Made by a program: the position numbers and the translations under genes
The notes under the pieces: generated by a model
Seen by the model: only the letters and a program-made list of their open reading frames with translations
What the model was told of the DNA's origin: nothing
Databases searched by the model: none
Source: Ramazzottius varieornatus
Lineage: Eukaryota; Animalia; Tardigrada
Direction: 5' to 3'
Assembly: GCA_001949185.1 (NCBI GenBank)
Contig: BDGG01000009.1
Span: forward strand, 1,167,624-1,231,623
Length of the DNA: 64,000 nt
Shown here: positions 37,524-49,004 of the stretch, piece after piece
Layout: each line of letters opens with the position of its first letter
Numbering within the stretch: the first letter of the stretch is position 1

Positions 37524-40500
37524 TCATTTGCCTTTATTTTCGAATTTCTTTGCCAAATCAGAAATAGGTTTTCTCCACGTGTTGATCAAAGGTTTCTTTG
37601 TGGCTGGTTCATCCTTTTCTTTGAGCTTCAGCTTTCCAACCGGGTCTTTCGATGTCGACGCAGGTGGTTCTTTACTCGAGCTCGGCGCACTGCCACCTAC
37701 TTCTTTTTTTCTGTTAGTTAATTCCGAGGGTGCTGGTGGTGCGGAGGTGGAAGGCGTCGTTGCCTTTTCCACTTCTTTCTGTGTGGTCGCGGCTGCTGTA
37801 GGTACAGCTGGCGCCACTACAGTCCTGGCGGAAGTGGCTGCTTCAGCCAACGGAGATGGCGCTGCAGTGGGCTTGGGTGATGGCGTCGACAGCGGCATCA
37901 TGTGGACTGAAGGCTGTGGGGAAGGTGAGGGCGTTCGAGAAGTTTGAGTGGCCATGGTTGGATGGCTGAGGCGCTCGAAGAAGCCACTGGATCCATCGGA
38001 CGAAGAGATCTCCACCCGTTCTTTAAGGCTTTCCTGCGATGAATGGTTGGAGTGAAGGCGCGCCAGGATCTTCTTCTTCTTGGCCAAGGCGGCGTCCATG
38101 ATGGTCCGCTTCGGTCTGTCTTCGGTGGATGTGGCCGAGTCGACCTTCTGTGGAAGGTTGGGCAGCGAGACGAAGCGCGCGTCTTTGACGGGCAGAGCGT
38201 CGCGAATGAGCGGGTAGTTCCACGACTGCAGGCTGCTGTCGCTGTCGATCGAGTCCCAACTGCCACCCGGATCACGGAAGCACTCCTCGCTGACTGCACC
38301 CACCGAAGCCGAGAGGTCGGGAGCAGGCAAACGTCTAAGACTACGATCATGTTCGCGCATTACTGACGGTGGTGTCACCAGGAAGCTCGGAGGAATGGAC
38401 GGGAAACGAGGATTACGAGCTGGGTAGTTGACTTTGGGGATGGAACGAAGCGGAGTGGGTGCGGGCAAGGTTACGACCGTGGTTTCCACGTCCTCGGCAT
38501 CCACACTCGGAAACCTAGGGTGCCACTTTTATGCTACTGCATTCCTGTCAAGCTGCATGAAAGCTTAAGCTCCAAGAAATATTCTTACCGTCGAATGACT
38601 GCGTTCTGACTTGGACCAGGCTCCGCCAACGACGCCGAATGAGATCTACCAAGACAAAATTATAACTTCTGCCTTTACAGTAATATTGGTTGATCTTTTT
38701 CGTGCGATTGGTCAGCTAGTCGCAAACTGAAGTTCGACAAGCAAACTCGACCGGATGGTTTTTCTGAGCGGTGCATGTTAACAGCCAACGCCAGTGGTAA
38801 CGTGCGTCACTTGGGAAAACAATAGTTCCCAGTTTCCAAATACTTACCTTTTGTGCGGTAGAATGGGTCGTCTGCTTCGTCGTTCAGCTTTGATATCTTC
38901 GCTAACCTTCGTGATCTGTGGAAGTCGAAAATTGTTTGCAGCGCGCGTTTCGGTCGGCAATTTCAACGAGTAAGTGTATGCGTCACTTACGTTGTCTATA
39001 GCTTTCTGAAGATCGGCGCTCTTCTTGCCCTTGTACTTCTTGTGGTCGGTTACAGCCAACGTGGCCGACTTTTCATCGTAGAATTTGTCGCGCTCACGAG
39101 CTCGAGCTGCGCGGTCGCGACCTGCAGCAGTTTGAGTAGGAACCTTCGGCGCAGGAGCCGGGCTGACGTCTTCCTCCGAAGAGAACAGAGGGGCGACATC
39201 CTTCAACCGTTGTATCTGAAACAGGAAAGATGAGATATTATTCCAAACACTTCGTTTTGTAGTGAGAAGACCGACCTCTGCTAGAATTTGGTCGATTTTT
39301 CCTCGCTCTTTGATTTGACAACTTTCGTCTTCGGCGAGACGCTCGGCCAGATCATCTCTTTCGATCCTGATGATCTCGCATTCGGTGCGCATAATGTCGT
39401 ACTGCAGCTTGAGGTTGTCATGGGCGTCCGTCATTGGTTTCATCTTATCTTGCAGCTGTAATACCAGACGAAAGTCAGTCATCTCCTTCTAAATACACAC
39501 AGAAACGGGCGGGGAATGCGCAGCGTATACCTCTCGTATCTTGGCTCGTAGCAGATCGGTTTCCCGCTCTTTATCCAACTTGACCGCAGTGACTTGAGCT
39601 CTAGCCTCGGAAATGTCCTTTTCCGATCGTTTCAGAGCCTTCTCCAATACCTCTATTCTTTCTCTGCCGTCGCTGGCACCACTTAGGTCACTGTCACCAG
39701 CAGCGCCGCCGCGGGACCTCGGAGTGGAAGTCGGTGAGAGGTTCCGTGTACGCAGTGCATAGGCCGACATCTTGACTTGCTGTCCTTCGTACTGAATGCA
39801 AACAGACTTCTGTCATCTGTATGGTTATCGGAGGATCAAAATCTTTGCTTTGACTTTACCTGGGCCAGTTTATCTTGCAGGTCTGAAATTTTCAGCTCGT
39901 AGGTGGACTTTTCCTTGGCGGCTTTGGCCTTGACTTCGTTCCTCTCCTGATCCAGTTTGGCCACCCTACTCTGCAGTTCTTCCAGTTGCTTGTCAATCCC
40001 TTCGCGACTGTTCTTTAGAGTCGCAAAGGCGTTAGCCTACCAACATAAATAATCAAAAGGTATTAAGAGAATCTGGGAAGTCAGCAAATGACCTGAGCAG
40101 GATCGTCTTCCCAAATGGCGCACACTATCAGCCAGAAACACAGGGAACGTGCGCCGCTTGAGATGACGTTCAGGTTCAGTTCATCTCCCGACGCTTCGCT
40201 CCTACTCACAGTTGAGTCAAGTTTAGACTGAGTGTCCAGATATTCGTCGCGAACATTATGGAGCTCCTGCACAGTAGAATCCAGTCGTTCCTGCAAGGTC
40301 TCTCTTTCCTTCCTGACTTGGCGCAGGTTCGTGTTCAACGACTTGGTCTCATCTTCCAACAGCTTTTGCTTGTTCTCGAAGCGCATGGTGATGGCCGAGA
40401 TTTCCGCCTTGTGGATCTTGTCGTCCTGGCGCATCTTTCGGCTGAGTTCTTCCTTCTCGCCATTGAGCTTTCGATCATTTCGGTTGATCTGCTCGGTGGC

Positions 40501-43500
40501 TTCTTCGCCGACACGCTTGGCTTCCAGTAGCTGTCGTTGCAGCTCGTAGTTCTGCTTGTGCAGCTTCTCCACTTCCTCCTTGATTTGGTCCGCTGCTTTG
40601 GCTCTTTCATAGGCCGACAGACCTCCCTTTCCATAGGTGGACACTGCGCTCTTCGTTTCCTGCTTGAGCTTTTCCAGTTCGGTCTCCAGGTCGGCTCGAG
40701 CTTTCTTCACATTCTCCAGCTCAGTCTTCAGCTTGGCGGTTTCCTTCTTGCAACTCTCCAGATGATCGTCGCGCTCTTTGGCCATGGTAGCAATCTTGGA
40801 CTCCAGACGGTCTTTTTCCACCTTGGCTTTCCATTTCTCGGTGGAGAGTTCTTGGCCTTGCTGTTCCAGTTTGGCGCTAACCTCATCGTGATGCTTCTTG
40901 ATCTCCTCCAGCTCTCGTTCGAGCTTGCTAATCTTTTCTTTCGTCTCTTTTTCTTTGATTCTTCCGGCCTCGATAAGGTTCTGGATCTGGTCCTCATAGC
41001 TGCCCAGTTTATGCTTTAGGGACTGAACTTCCTTGTCGGTGGACTTAGTCACATCGGAAGCACGGCTAGACTTTTCTTTTTCTAGCTCTTGTTCGAAGTC
41101 GGATAGTTCCTTTTGCCATGCGTCTGTGTCGCTCTTGTAGGCTTCTTTCAGGCTGAGATATTTCTTCTGCCATTCAGCCAGCTGTCTTGTTGACTGAAAA
41201 TACAGCACGATGGTCATGCCGGTGCCCGGTACCGCAATACAAACCTAAATCGAAACTTAGCAATCTTCATCAGATGCTTTGTCAAAGTGGCGCACCCGTC
41301 CAGCCAGTTACACTGAAAACGAGCGCCACTTGGAAAAATCAAACTCTATAATTATAATATTATGCGATCGCTTTCCAAGTGGCGCACATTTCGAGTGTTG
41401 TCGGCTCTTGGGAAAACAGTCTTGTCCGGTTTGGCTGTTTCTTCAGGCGACGCACGTTTCCCGGTGTTGTTGGCAAAAGACCCGCGCCACTTGGACAAGC
41501 GACCTTGTCACGTTCTTTCGATGAGGTTCCAAGAAATCATTCTGAACTGACTTACCAAATTATCTTTCGCTGTCAGTTCTTCGACCAAATGCCGCTGTTT
41601 GCTCAGCTCTTGCTTCAGGTTCCTCAGCTCGGTATCTTTTCGCTCTCTTGTTTCAGAGTCCGACTCGCTCTAAAAAAACACACAATAGCGGTTTACAGAA
41701 ACATCGAGTTGCGATGGTTTGAGAGTTGACACCGAACGGGACAGCGACTTGTCAGAGGCAGACATACTATTCTAGATTTGCGCTTTTCTTCCATCAAATT
41801 CTCCTGCAAGTCCCTGATCTCTGTTCTGAGTGTCTCCAGCTGTTGCTCTGCCGCATACAACTTCAGGCGTGCTTCCTTTACCTCGTCGCTGATCGGTAGG
41901 TTGGGGACTTGGCCTTGCATGTTGCTGCGCAGCTCCTCCACTTCCGCCAGCAGGCGCTTCGAAGTAGCGCGTTCTTGCTCCACCACGATGGTCGCGTTCT
42001 CTGTCGCGTAAAGCCATAAGTAACATATTCTCAAATACATCCCATAAGATTTCGGCAATGGGAGAAACTCAGAGAAGAACTTACGGAAATCTTTCTCGAG
42101 TTCGTCAATACGGCTCTTCAATTCCTGCCTAGTGGCGACGTCTTTGCGAATGTTCACTTTGCTATGGGCTTTCTCGTAGGCTTCTTTAGCGAGGGTGGCA
42201 TGCCTCAACAGGTCTTCGTTCTGCTTCTTCAAGCTGGCCGTTTCATCCAGCAAGGTCTGAGCAGACTTTCCAGCGTTCTTCAGCAGAGCCCCTTCCGAAC
42301 GGAGGGTGGCCAGGTCATCTTGCCCCACCTCATCCGTACTTCTTCCACGACTTGGGGCTCTCGATACATCGAGTTCTTCGGTCGACGGGCGCTTACTTCC
42401 GGCTTTGAACTGTAGCCGCTTATAGTCGGCGGATAGCTTGTCGTTATCGGACTCCAACGCTTGAACTTTCTGGCGTAGTAGGACGATTTCTTGTTCTGCC
42501 ATCTGAAGTTGCCGTCGAAGGTCGACCAGCTGGTAGTCATCAAGTGACTTGCTCCGGTTGAGCTGGCCTCCTTTCCGTTTAGCCACTTCCATTTCGGACG
42601 AGAGCCGCTCCAGTTGTCTCTCTGTAAAGAAGAAGGCATCGAAGAACCTCTCTGCGCTTTACTGAATCAAGAGCTCAAAATGACATCACAAAATCTATCG
42701 TCAGGCCGAGCGAAGCGAGGCCCTTTTGAGTCTGTCGAGATTTCAATGGACGATCAGATTGTTCGAGCTTTCAGATATCGAAACCTCTCTACTGAAAACA
42801 AGTGCGCAACTTGATCCGAGTAGCAAAAGCTTTTAATCGCAAAACTTGTGCTTCTGCTCGGCCTTCCCAGTGGTCAGAACCACTAGCTAGTAACAATCCT
42901 TTTCTTGATCTTATCTCGAAGTTTTTCCGCTTTTAGTTCCCTAAGTGGACGAAGTCACCGAGTGTGTGAGACGTCGGCCAATGACTTGAACATGATCTCA
43001 AGTGGCGCACGCTTCCCTGGGTACTGGCTGAATGTGTGCGCCACCTTGGAAAATAATCGTGGCAGGTCATTTGACAACTGCTACTACGATGGAAAACAAT
43101 AATATAAGTACCTTTATCAACTAGCTTTTTGCGGAGGTCGTTTGTCTCAGCTTCGAGGAGCTTGATCTTCTGCTCGTAGTAGGAGCGAGGTCTTCCTGGT
43201 CCAGTGGATTCAGGTTCCTGCAGCACGGCGCACATTCTGTCCCGCGCTTCCTTCATTTCGTCATGGGCGACTTGAAGGGACTTGATCTCGGCCGACAGGC
43301 TTTCGTTGGCCTGTTCCGCTTCGCTGAGTCGCCGTTTCAGAGTGGATATCTCGTGTTCGGTGATATCCAGCTGCATCTTGAGTTCCTCGTTGCTGCGCAT
43401 AGAGTCAACAGCTTCTCCGGCTTTGCTAAAATCACCCGAATGTCGCGCAGAAGAGAGCTTTTTCAGCTGGTGTTGCAGACTTTCATTTTCATGCTCCAGA

Positions 43501-46360
43501 TCAGTGACTTGTTTCCGTAGTCGCTTCGACTCTTCCTCGGAGAAGCCGAGTTGATCTCTAAGGTCGGTTTCACGCTCCACGGAATCATACAAGTCGCGCA
43601 AAAGTTGATTGACATCGTAGTTGGTTTTTCCCAGTGGCGCATTGGCTCCCGCAGACTGTACCCAATACAATGTCGCATCGGTAAATTCCTATCATGACAG
43701 TTCTACTCGTCTAAAAAACAACAGCTGCACTTACCGATGCGTTCTGGCGTCCGTTGTCCAAAGAACGAGATGAGGATGGTTTGAGGGAATTCACCTGCAA
43801 AATATCACAGACTTTTACAGCTGTACCAACCTGTATGAATGTGTCATACAGTGTACGACAAAATAAACCGTTAAAAATGGGTGTATGGAGCCAGATGGTT
43901 AAAACCAATGAAATTGCCCATGCAGCATAAGCTAACTCTCATTGGCTGAGTCGTAAGTAAGCCCAGCTGGAGTGTTACGCCCATTTTTAACGGTTAATTT
44001 TGTCGTACACTGTAATTACCCAGTAATACGGGCTACCGTACTTAATTAGTAATATCAATCATGTCTCATATAATATATGTATCCTTGTTGACTGACAAGA
44101 AGTACAACACGCTCGACCTCTTTGCTGCGTCGCGTTGTTCGGCTAGTCCCAAACCCCAATTACTGTAATTGCAGGACCGTGCCACAGGCGATCACGCATG
44201 CTGTTTTTGTATGAATTTTGGGAGTCGCCCTACTTCCTATATTTAGGCTCGTAACTGTTTTCCAGAACCGAAGATCAATAGTTATCAATCAGACTTAGTC
44301 TTCGCGATCGGAGATGGACAGCCCTGCGAACCGAAGTAAAGTCGTTGTTCTTCGAACAAGATCTCACCTCAATTTGCAGTCGTTCCGCTTGTAAGCGCAA
44401 GGTCTCCTTTTGTTGTTCGAGATCAAAGCAGGCTCGAGCAACATTATCATAGCTGCTCTTGACAGTATTTCGTTCCTCCTCAATATGCTCGATCTCTTCC
44501 TGCAGCCGTTTGTTGACATCTTTGGTTTGTTGCAGTTCGTGCAGAACCTCGCGCAGTTGGGCGTTGTCTGCCGGCCCTGAAGAGGCGCTGACGCACGTCA
44601 TCTGGCGCAGCTTGATCTCGTACATGGCCTTATCGGCTTCCACTTCGTCGCACTTCCGCTCAGCTTTCCTCAGCTTAAACTGCAAGATCCGGCAGTTCTT
44701 CATTGTTTGTTCAAGCTCCTTCTGTATAGTTTGGAATTCCATGGCTTGATCTTGCCTAAAACCAAAAAGAATGTCAACCCCAGAAATTCCCAAAAATCAC
44801 GAGTTAACTCAGATTTCATTTCGAACATTTCTATCTCAACGCGTCACGAAGATGGAGCTCGTCGAACAAACTCGACCAAATCGTTGTGCCAAGCAGCGGA
44901 CATGTACAGTGTTGGTGTCTGAAAGCGTGCGCCACTAGCAAAAACTGGTCTTGCGGAGTTTGATTGGTTTCCCAAGTGCCTTTCCGGTGATATCGGCTAG
45001 AAGCATGTGCCACTTGGAGAAACAATCCGAACGAACTTGTATGCCGAGCTCCCAAATGATGAACCAAAAAATCGCAAATGAGTTCTGAGTTCTCACTTGT
45101 GAGAAAAAATCTGTTTTATGGAAAGAGAGAGCTGCCTCACCGGAAGTTATCATGCAGTTCGTCCATTTCGGCTTCCAGCGAGCGGAGTTCCTTCTTGAGG
45201 TCCTGGTTCTCGTCCAAGAGGTCTTCGCACATCATTTCGGCTGATTGGAGTTTATGAGCCATGTCCCTGACACGTTCAACAAGCGTTGCACTGGCTTCAT
45301 CGGGGTCGTTAATTTCGTCGATACACTCGCGCATTTGTTCCAAGTCCATTAAATATACCCGTCGAACCTTATCCAGTTCTGCCACTTCTTTCTCCAGCTC
45401 CCTGATACGTTTCTGCGCCGTTTGCAGCTCATCGCGTTTCTTCGACGTCCCTGTTCCTCCTGCCGCACTACCCGAACTCAAAGGAGTTTTCAGAGCTTCG
45501 CGTAGCTCCTCCACTTCGCGTTCCAACTGTTCAATAGTCTGGCCTCTGCCGTCTAACTGCTCGGTCAATGAGTCGATGGTTGCTTGTAGTTCATCCACAG
45601 TTTCCTGGTAATGTTCTCGGCTGGAAATGTAGGTTGTGTCGCTGTTGAGGCTGGTCATACTTCCGCTGGTCGCCGTATGCATTGATTGGAGGTCGCTGTT
45701 TGACGTTGAGCTGTGCGCCGTTCGCATGGATAACAGGGAGCCGCTGAGAGGCGTCCGCATCTGTCTTTCCTCTTCTTCTTCTTCCATGGCACTGAACCGT
45801 CTATTGGGGTCTTGAGGTGGTCCCCGACGAGGACCGGGCTCTCCGCCAGAGCTACTAGCTCGACGGATTTGCGGAGAAGTCTTCGATAGGGTGATGGTTT
45901 GCAGAGTAGTGTTGGGTCGGCTTTGCTCTTCCATCTTGCCTGCCTTGATGGGTTGATTCACGATAGGTCGTTTCGTTGAACTGGAAGGCGAAGCTGATGG
46001 TGGAGGCTTCCCGGTTATCGGAGGTGTCTTGAGTATTCCAGGGACATTTGTCACGGCTGTTGAAGGAGGCTGGATCTTGGTAGGAGCATCGCCGACGGGG
46101 TTGGTACTAGCCTGCGCGACTTGACCTGGGAAATCGGATGGTTTGGTGGAAGGTCCAGCAGGCTGTGGATGGCCGTGTTCGGCCTTATCGCGCAGGCATT
46201 TCTTACAGCGATTTTTACGGAAGACTTGACCCTCGAATCCGCTACAGACGGTTTCGTTGAGAAGTTTCCCAGATGGATCGGAGGCGGAAGGTGGAGAGAC
46301 TGCAGCTGCCTGGCTCTGGCTCGTCTTGAGGCCAGTGAATGCCGCATTGCCCTTTGACAT
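37524..46360 (-). CDS. SOGA/MTCL-family long coiled-coil protein, multi-exon
   Basis: EAEMDELHDNFR/QDQAMEFQTIQKELEQTMKNCRILQFKLRKAERK is the SOGA signature; LRDQLGFSEEESKRLRK; extensive heptad exons. Confidence 0.85.
38729..38838. repeat. Family A copy, 1 unit, SOGA intron
   Basis: CAAACTCGACC..GCGGTGCA..TGCGTCACTTGG. Confidence 0.78.
40075..40197. repeat. Family A copy, 1 unit, SOGA intron
   Basis: CAAATGGCGCA-N27-TGCGCCGCTTG. Confidence 0.85.
41252..41530. repeat. Family A copy, 3 units, SOGA intron
   Basis: Three units, the middle one lacking part of its right arm. Confidence 0.85.
42968..43081. repeat. Family A copy, 1 unit, SOGA intron
   Basis: CAAGTGGCGCA-N27-TGCGCCAC. Confidence 0.87.
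43849..44012. mobile_element. Tc1/mariner-type MITE, family B (164 bp)
   Basis: TA|CAGTGTACGACAAAATAAACCGTTAAAAATGGG ... CCCATTTTTAACGGTTAATTTTGTCGTACACTG|TA. Confidence 0.92.
44854..45053. repeat. Family A copy, 2 units, SOGA intron
   Basis: GGAGCTCGTCGAACAAACTCGAC ... GCCGAGCTCCC. Confidence 0.87.
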
Positions 46361-46970
46361 ATCCGTAGTGCTGGCGCGCACAATCTTGCCAGCTCGAGCT
46401 GTTTGACTCTAAAAATACTCCGCCATAAGTGATTACAAGGACAAATTTTCCGCTTAGCCAATTAAAAACTGGGGTTCCTTGCAGATCCACGTGAGATATT
46501 AAGCCAACAAGACATTTTGTAACAGCGAACTAGACATCGGCTCGTAACACCATTACGGTGTTACTTAGGTCGCCTACGCTCCTCCACAGCCGTTTCGCTC
46601 AAAAGAGAACTCTTGGATGGAATGATCTATATAGCTAGACACTCACTAATCAGCTTCGACTTGTCAGGCTGGAATCTTCGGCTGCGATGTGTTTATGCTT
46701 CGCAGTGAATGGATGGAGGAAGCAGATGAAATTTCTCGTACTTAAACTGTACAGCGTCCGATGTGTGCGGCACATGTGCGAACCGCAGTTCTAATTTAAG
46801 AACGATTTAGACTCTCCTGCAACTCATTCATCTTTCTGACTAGAATGAAACTGCAGTTCGGTGGAAAGAGATCGACCGAAAACCTTCCAGTCTTCCGGCT
46901 TATCCGAAGTCTGTGATTCTAACTAGACTCTGCGGTGTTGTAACTTGAAGGAAAATTCCGACTTGTATGT

Positions 46971-47081
46971 GGGAGCGACTCTGTCAGACCGCTTTTCAAG
47001 TCGCGCACGTTATCAGCCAATATCACAGAAAGCGCACGCCACTTGGGAAACTGTCCGGTCGAGTTTGTTTGCCGAGCTCTC
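46971..47081. repeat. Family A copy, 1 unit, upstream of SOGA CDS
   Basis: CAAGTCGCGCA..CGCCACTTGG..GTCGAGTTTGTTTGCCGAGCTC. Confidence 0.87.
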
Positions 47082-47096
47082 ATGCAGATCATAATA

Positions 47097-47260
47097 CCGT
47101 GTACGACAAAATAAACCGTTAAAAATGGGTGTATGGAGCCAGATGGTTAAAACCAATGAAATTGCCCATGCAGCATAAGCTAACTCTCATTGGCTGAGTC
47201 GTAAGTAAGCCCAGCTGGAGTGTTACGCCCATTTTTAACGGTTAATTTTGTTGTACACTG
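47097..47260. mobile_element. Tc1/mariner-type MITE, family B (164 bp), near-identical to 43849 copy
   Basis: Same TIRs, TA flanks, about 2 differences seen by eye. Confidence 0.92.
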
Positions 47261-47693
47261 TATTACATTTCTCAGAAGCTATTTCGTTAAGGCTCAGGAC
47301 CTCAGGTGCTGAGAAGTTCGCTTAGTTCGAGGCAAAACTGGACGTCACGGAGAAACAGCAAATGACTGAATCGCCCGAACTTTCGCGTCATTCAAGATAA
47401 TGAGTTTTCGCAGAACCAAAAATGCAACTGCAACAATAGTTCAAAACAGTGGTAAACTCTAAGATATCTTTTCGAGATCAAGCGGCAAGCATCGAATCAG
47501 TACGGAAAATAAACTCAGCAACAAATCCAGCACGAAAAAGGAAGAGTTCTTCAAAATCGCGAAATCCATTTCCGCCACCGGCTTTTGACCGATATCGCCT
47601 TCATCCAGGACACTATAGCGCCTAGAAAGAAAACAGTAACTTTACTAATCAAGTAAGGCATAATATTATGCAAAAACCAGGGAAGTCGAAACC

Positions 47694-47800
47694 GGACGTG
47701 GATAAAGTTACCCAGATCGTCATCTCAAATTTGCGCACTTTTCCGTTGTTACTATTGATAGCTGAAAGTGAGCGCAGCTCTCAAGAGCGAACGTGTTCTC
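47694..47800. repeat. Family A copy, degenerate
   Basis: CCCAGATCG..TTTGCGCAC..GAGCGCAG. Confidence 0.5.
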
Positions 47801-49004
47801 CCAAGAGATGCCCAAGACGTCTAAATTGTGAATAACTCACACAAATCTCGTTCGTGTTTGGAAGACCGCGGTCGCGTTTCCGTGCGCTCTTATGAGCTTG
47901 TGCTGACGTGAGGCGTCCCAAAGAGGGATACCACAGAACTTTTCCAGATGGATCTCCAGATTCTTGATCGTTCCTTCGGCCAGCTCTTGCGGGTCAAAGC
48001 AACCAGGACAAGAAGGAGCCAAGACAGTGCAAAAGTACAGAAGAATGCTAGCAGCGGAATCTGTCCAAGGATCCGGAATCCCGAATTGCGGAGCAAAAAT
48101 CTCAGTTTTTGACCCTCTTTGGTTGGACCCTAGTCAGCGAAAAAAGTCCCCCAGGGATGCCCAGCCTCCCACATGCACGGGGTTAGGCTAGCAAACCAGT
48201 CTGGGGTGGGAAACGATATAGCCTATATCAAACTTTCCGCTACACTTGATTGACCGATTGCTTTTTTACTTGGGGCGGATAATTTGATGACACAAAAACT
48301 GTGAATTTTTCCAGTTACCGGTTTAATTCGTTAGTCCATTCAAGATCTTGGAGTCAACGCAACTTCTTCCCGTCCACTGAGCCAGCAATGCCTTAACGTC
48401 GGGCAGTTTCAACGAAGCGAAACACAACGCTTCCCAAACACCATGAGACCAACGTAACGCATCACATACAATATACAATCTACCGTCTGTAGAGCGGCAG
48501 AGAATTTGATCACTCTGCAGAAGAATGAGGGAGATTTTTGAGAACTGCAAAATCTCGTTACAATGACACAGCGAATAGCCTTCCCTTTCTCTCTGTCAGC
48601 CCTTATCTGTACTGAGTGGTACTTCCACCTTCAGGCACAACCACAGCTTTGTTCCGTTCTAAAACAAATGCAGGAGGTCCATACCTCAATTGCTTTTCTG
48701 TTAAGTGTATTGTTTAGCTAAACGGACGTTGGGATTGATCAAGCTCGCCAAACAGACCCTGCCCACTCAGTTTAGCTAAACGGATTGAAATCGTCCATTT
48801 AGCTAAACGGAGCCTGTTAATCGCCTCAGTGACGTCGGCATCGAGCGCGAAAATTTCAAACGGTCAAACTGAGCACGTCAGCTGATCGTTTCATTTGGCG
48901 CATTTGTTTCTACCGAGTAATTACTCTCTCCTTTGGACTGCTTTTTCGCTCCTCTTTCTCCTGTTCCTGCGGTACTTTTGTCCCTTCAACTTCTGCTCTA
49001 GAGG

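Noticed and set aside
37513-46490. Long + strand and alternate-frame ORFs over the SOGA gene
   Set aside because: Shadow ORFs from biased coiled-coil codon usage.
47837-48550. Short ORFs between SOGA and the Harbinger element
   Set aside because: No coherent splicing or homology that I can recognise.
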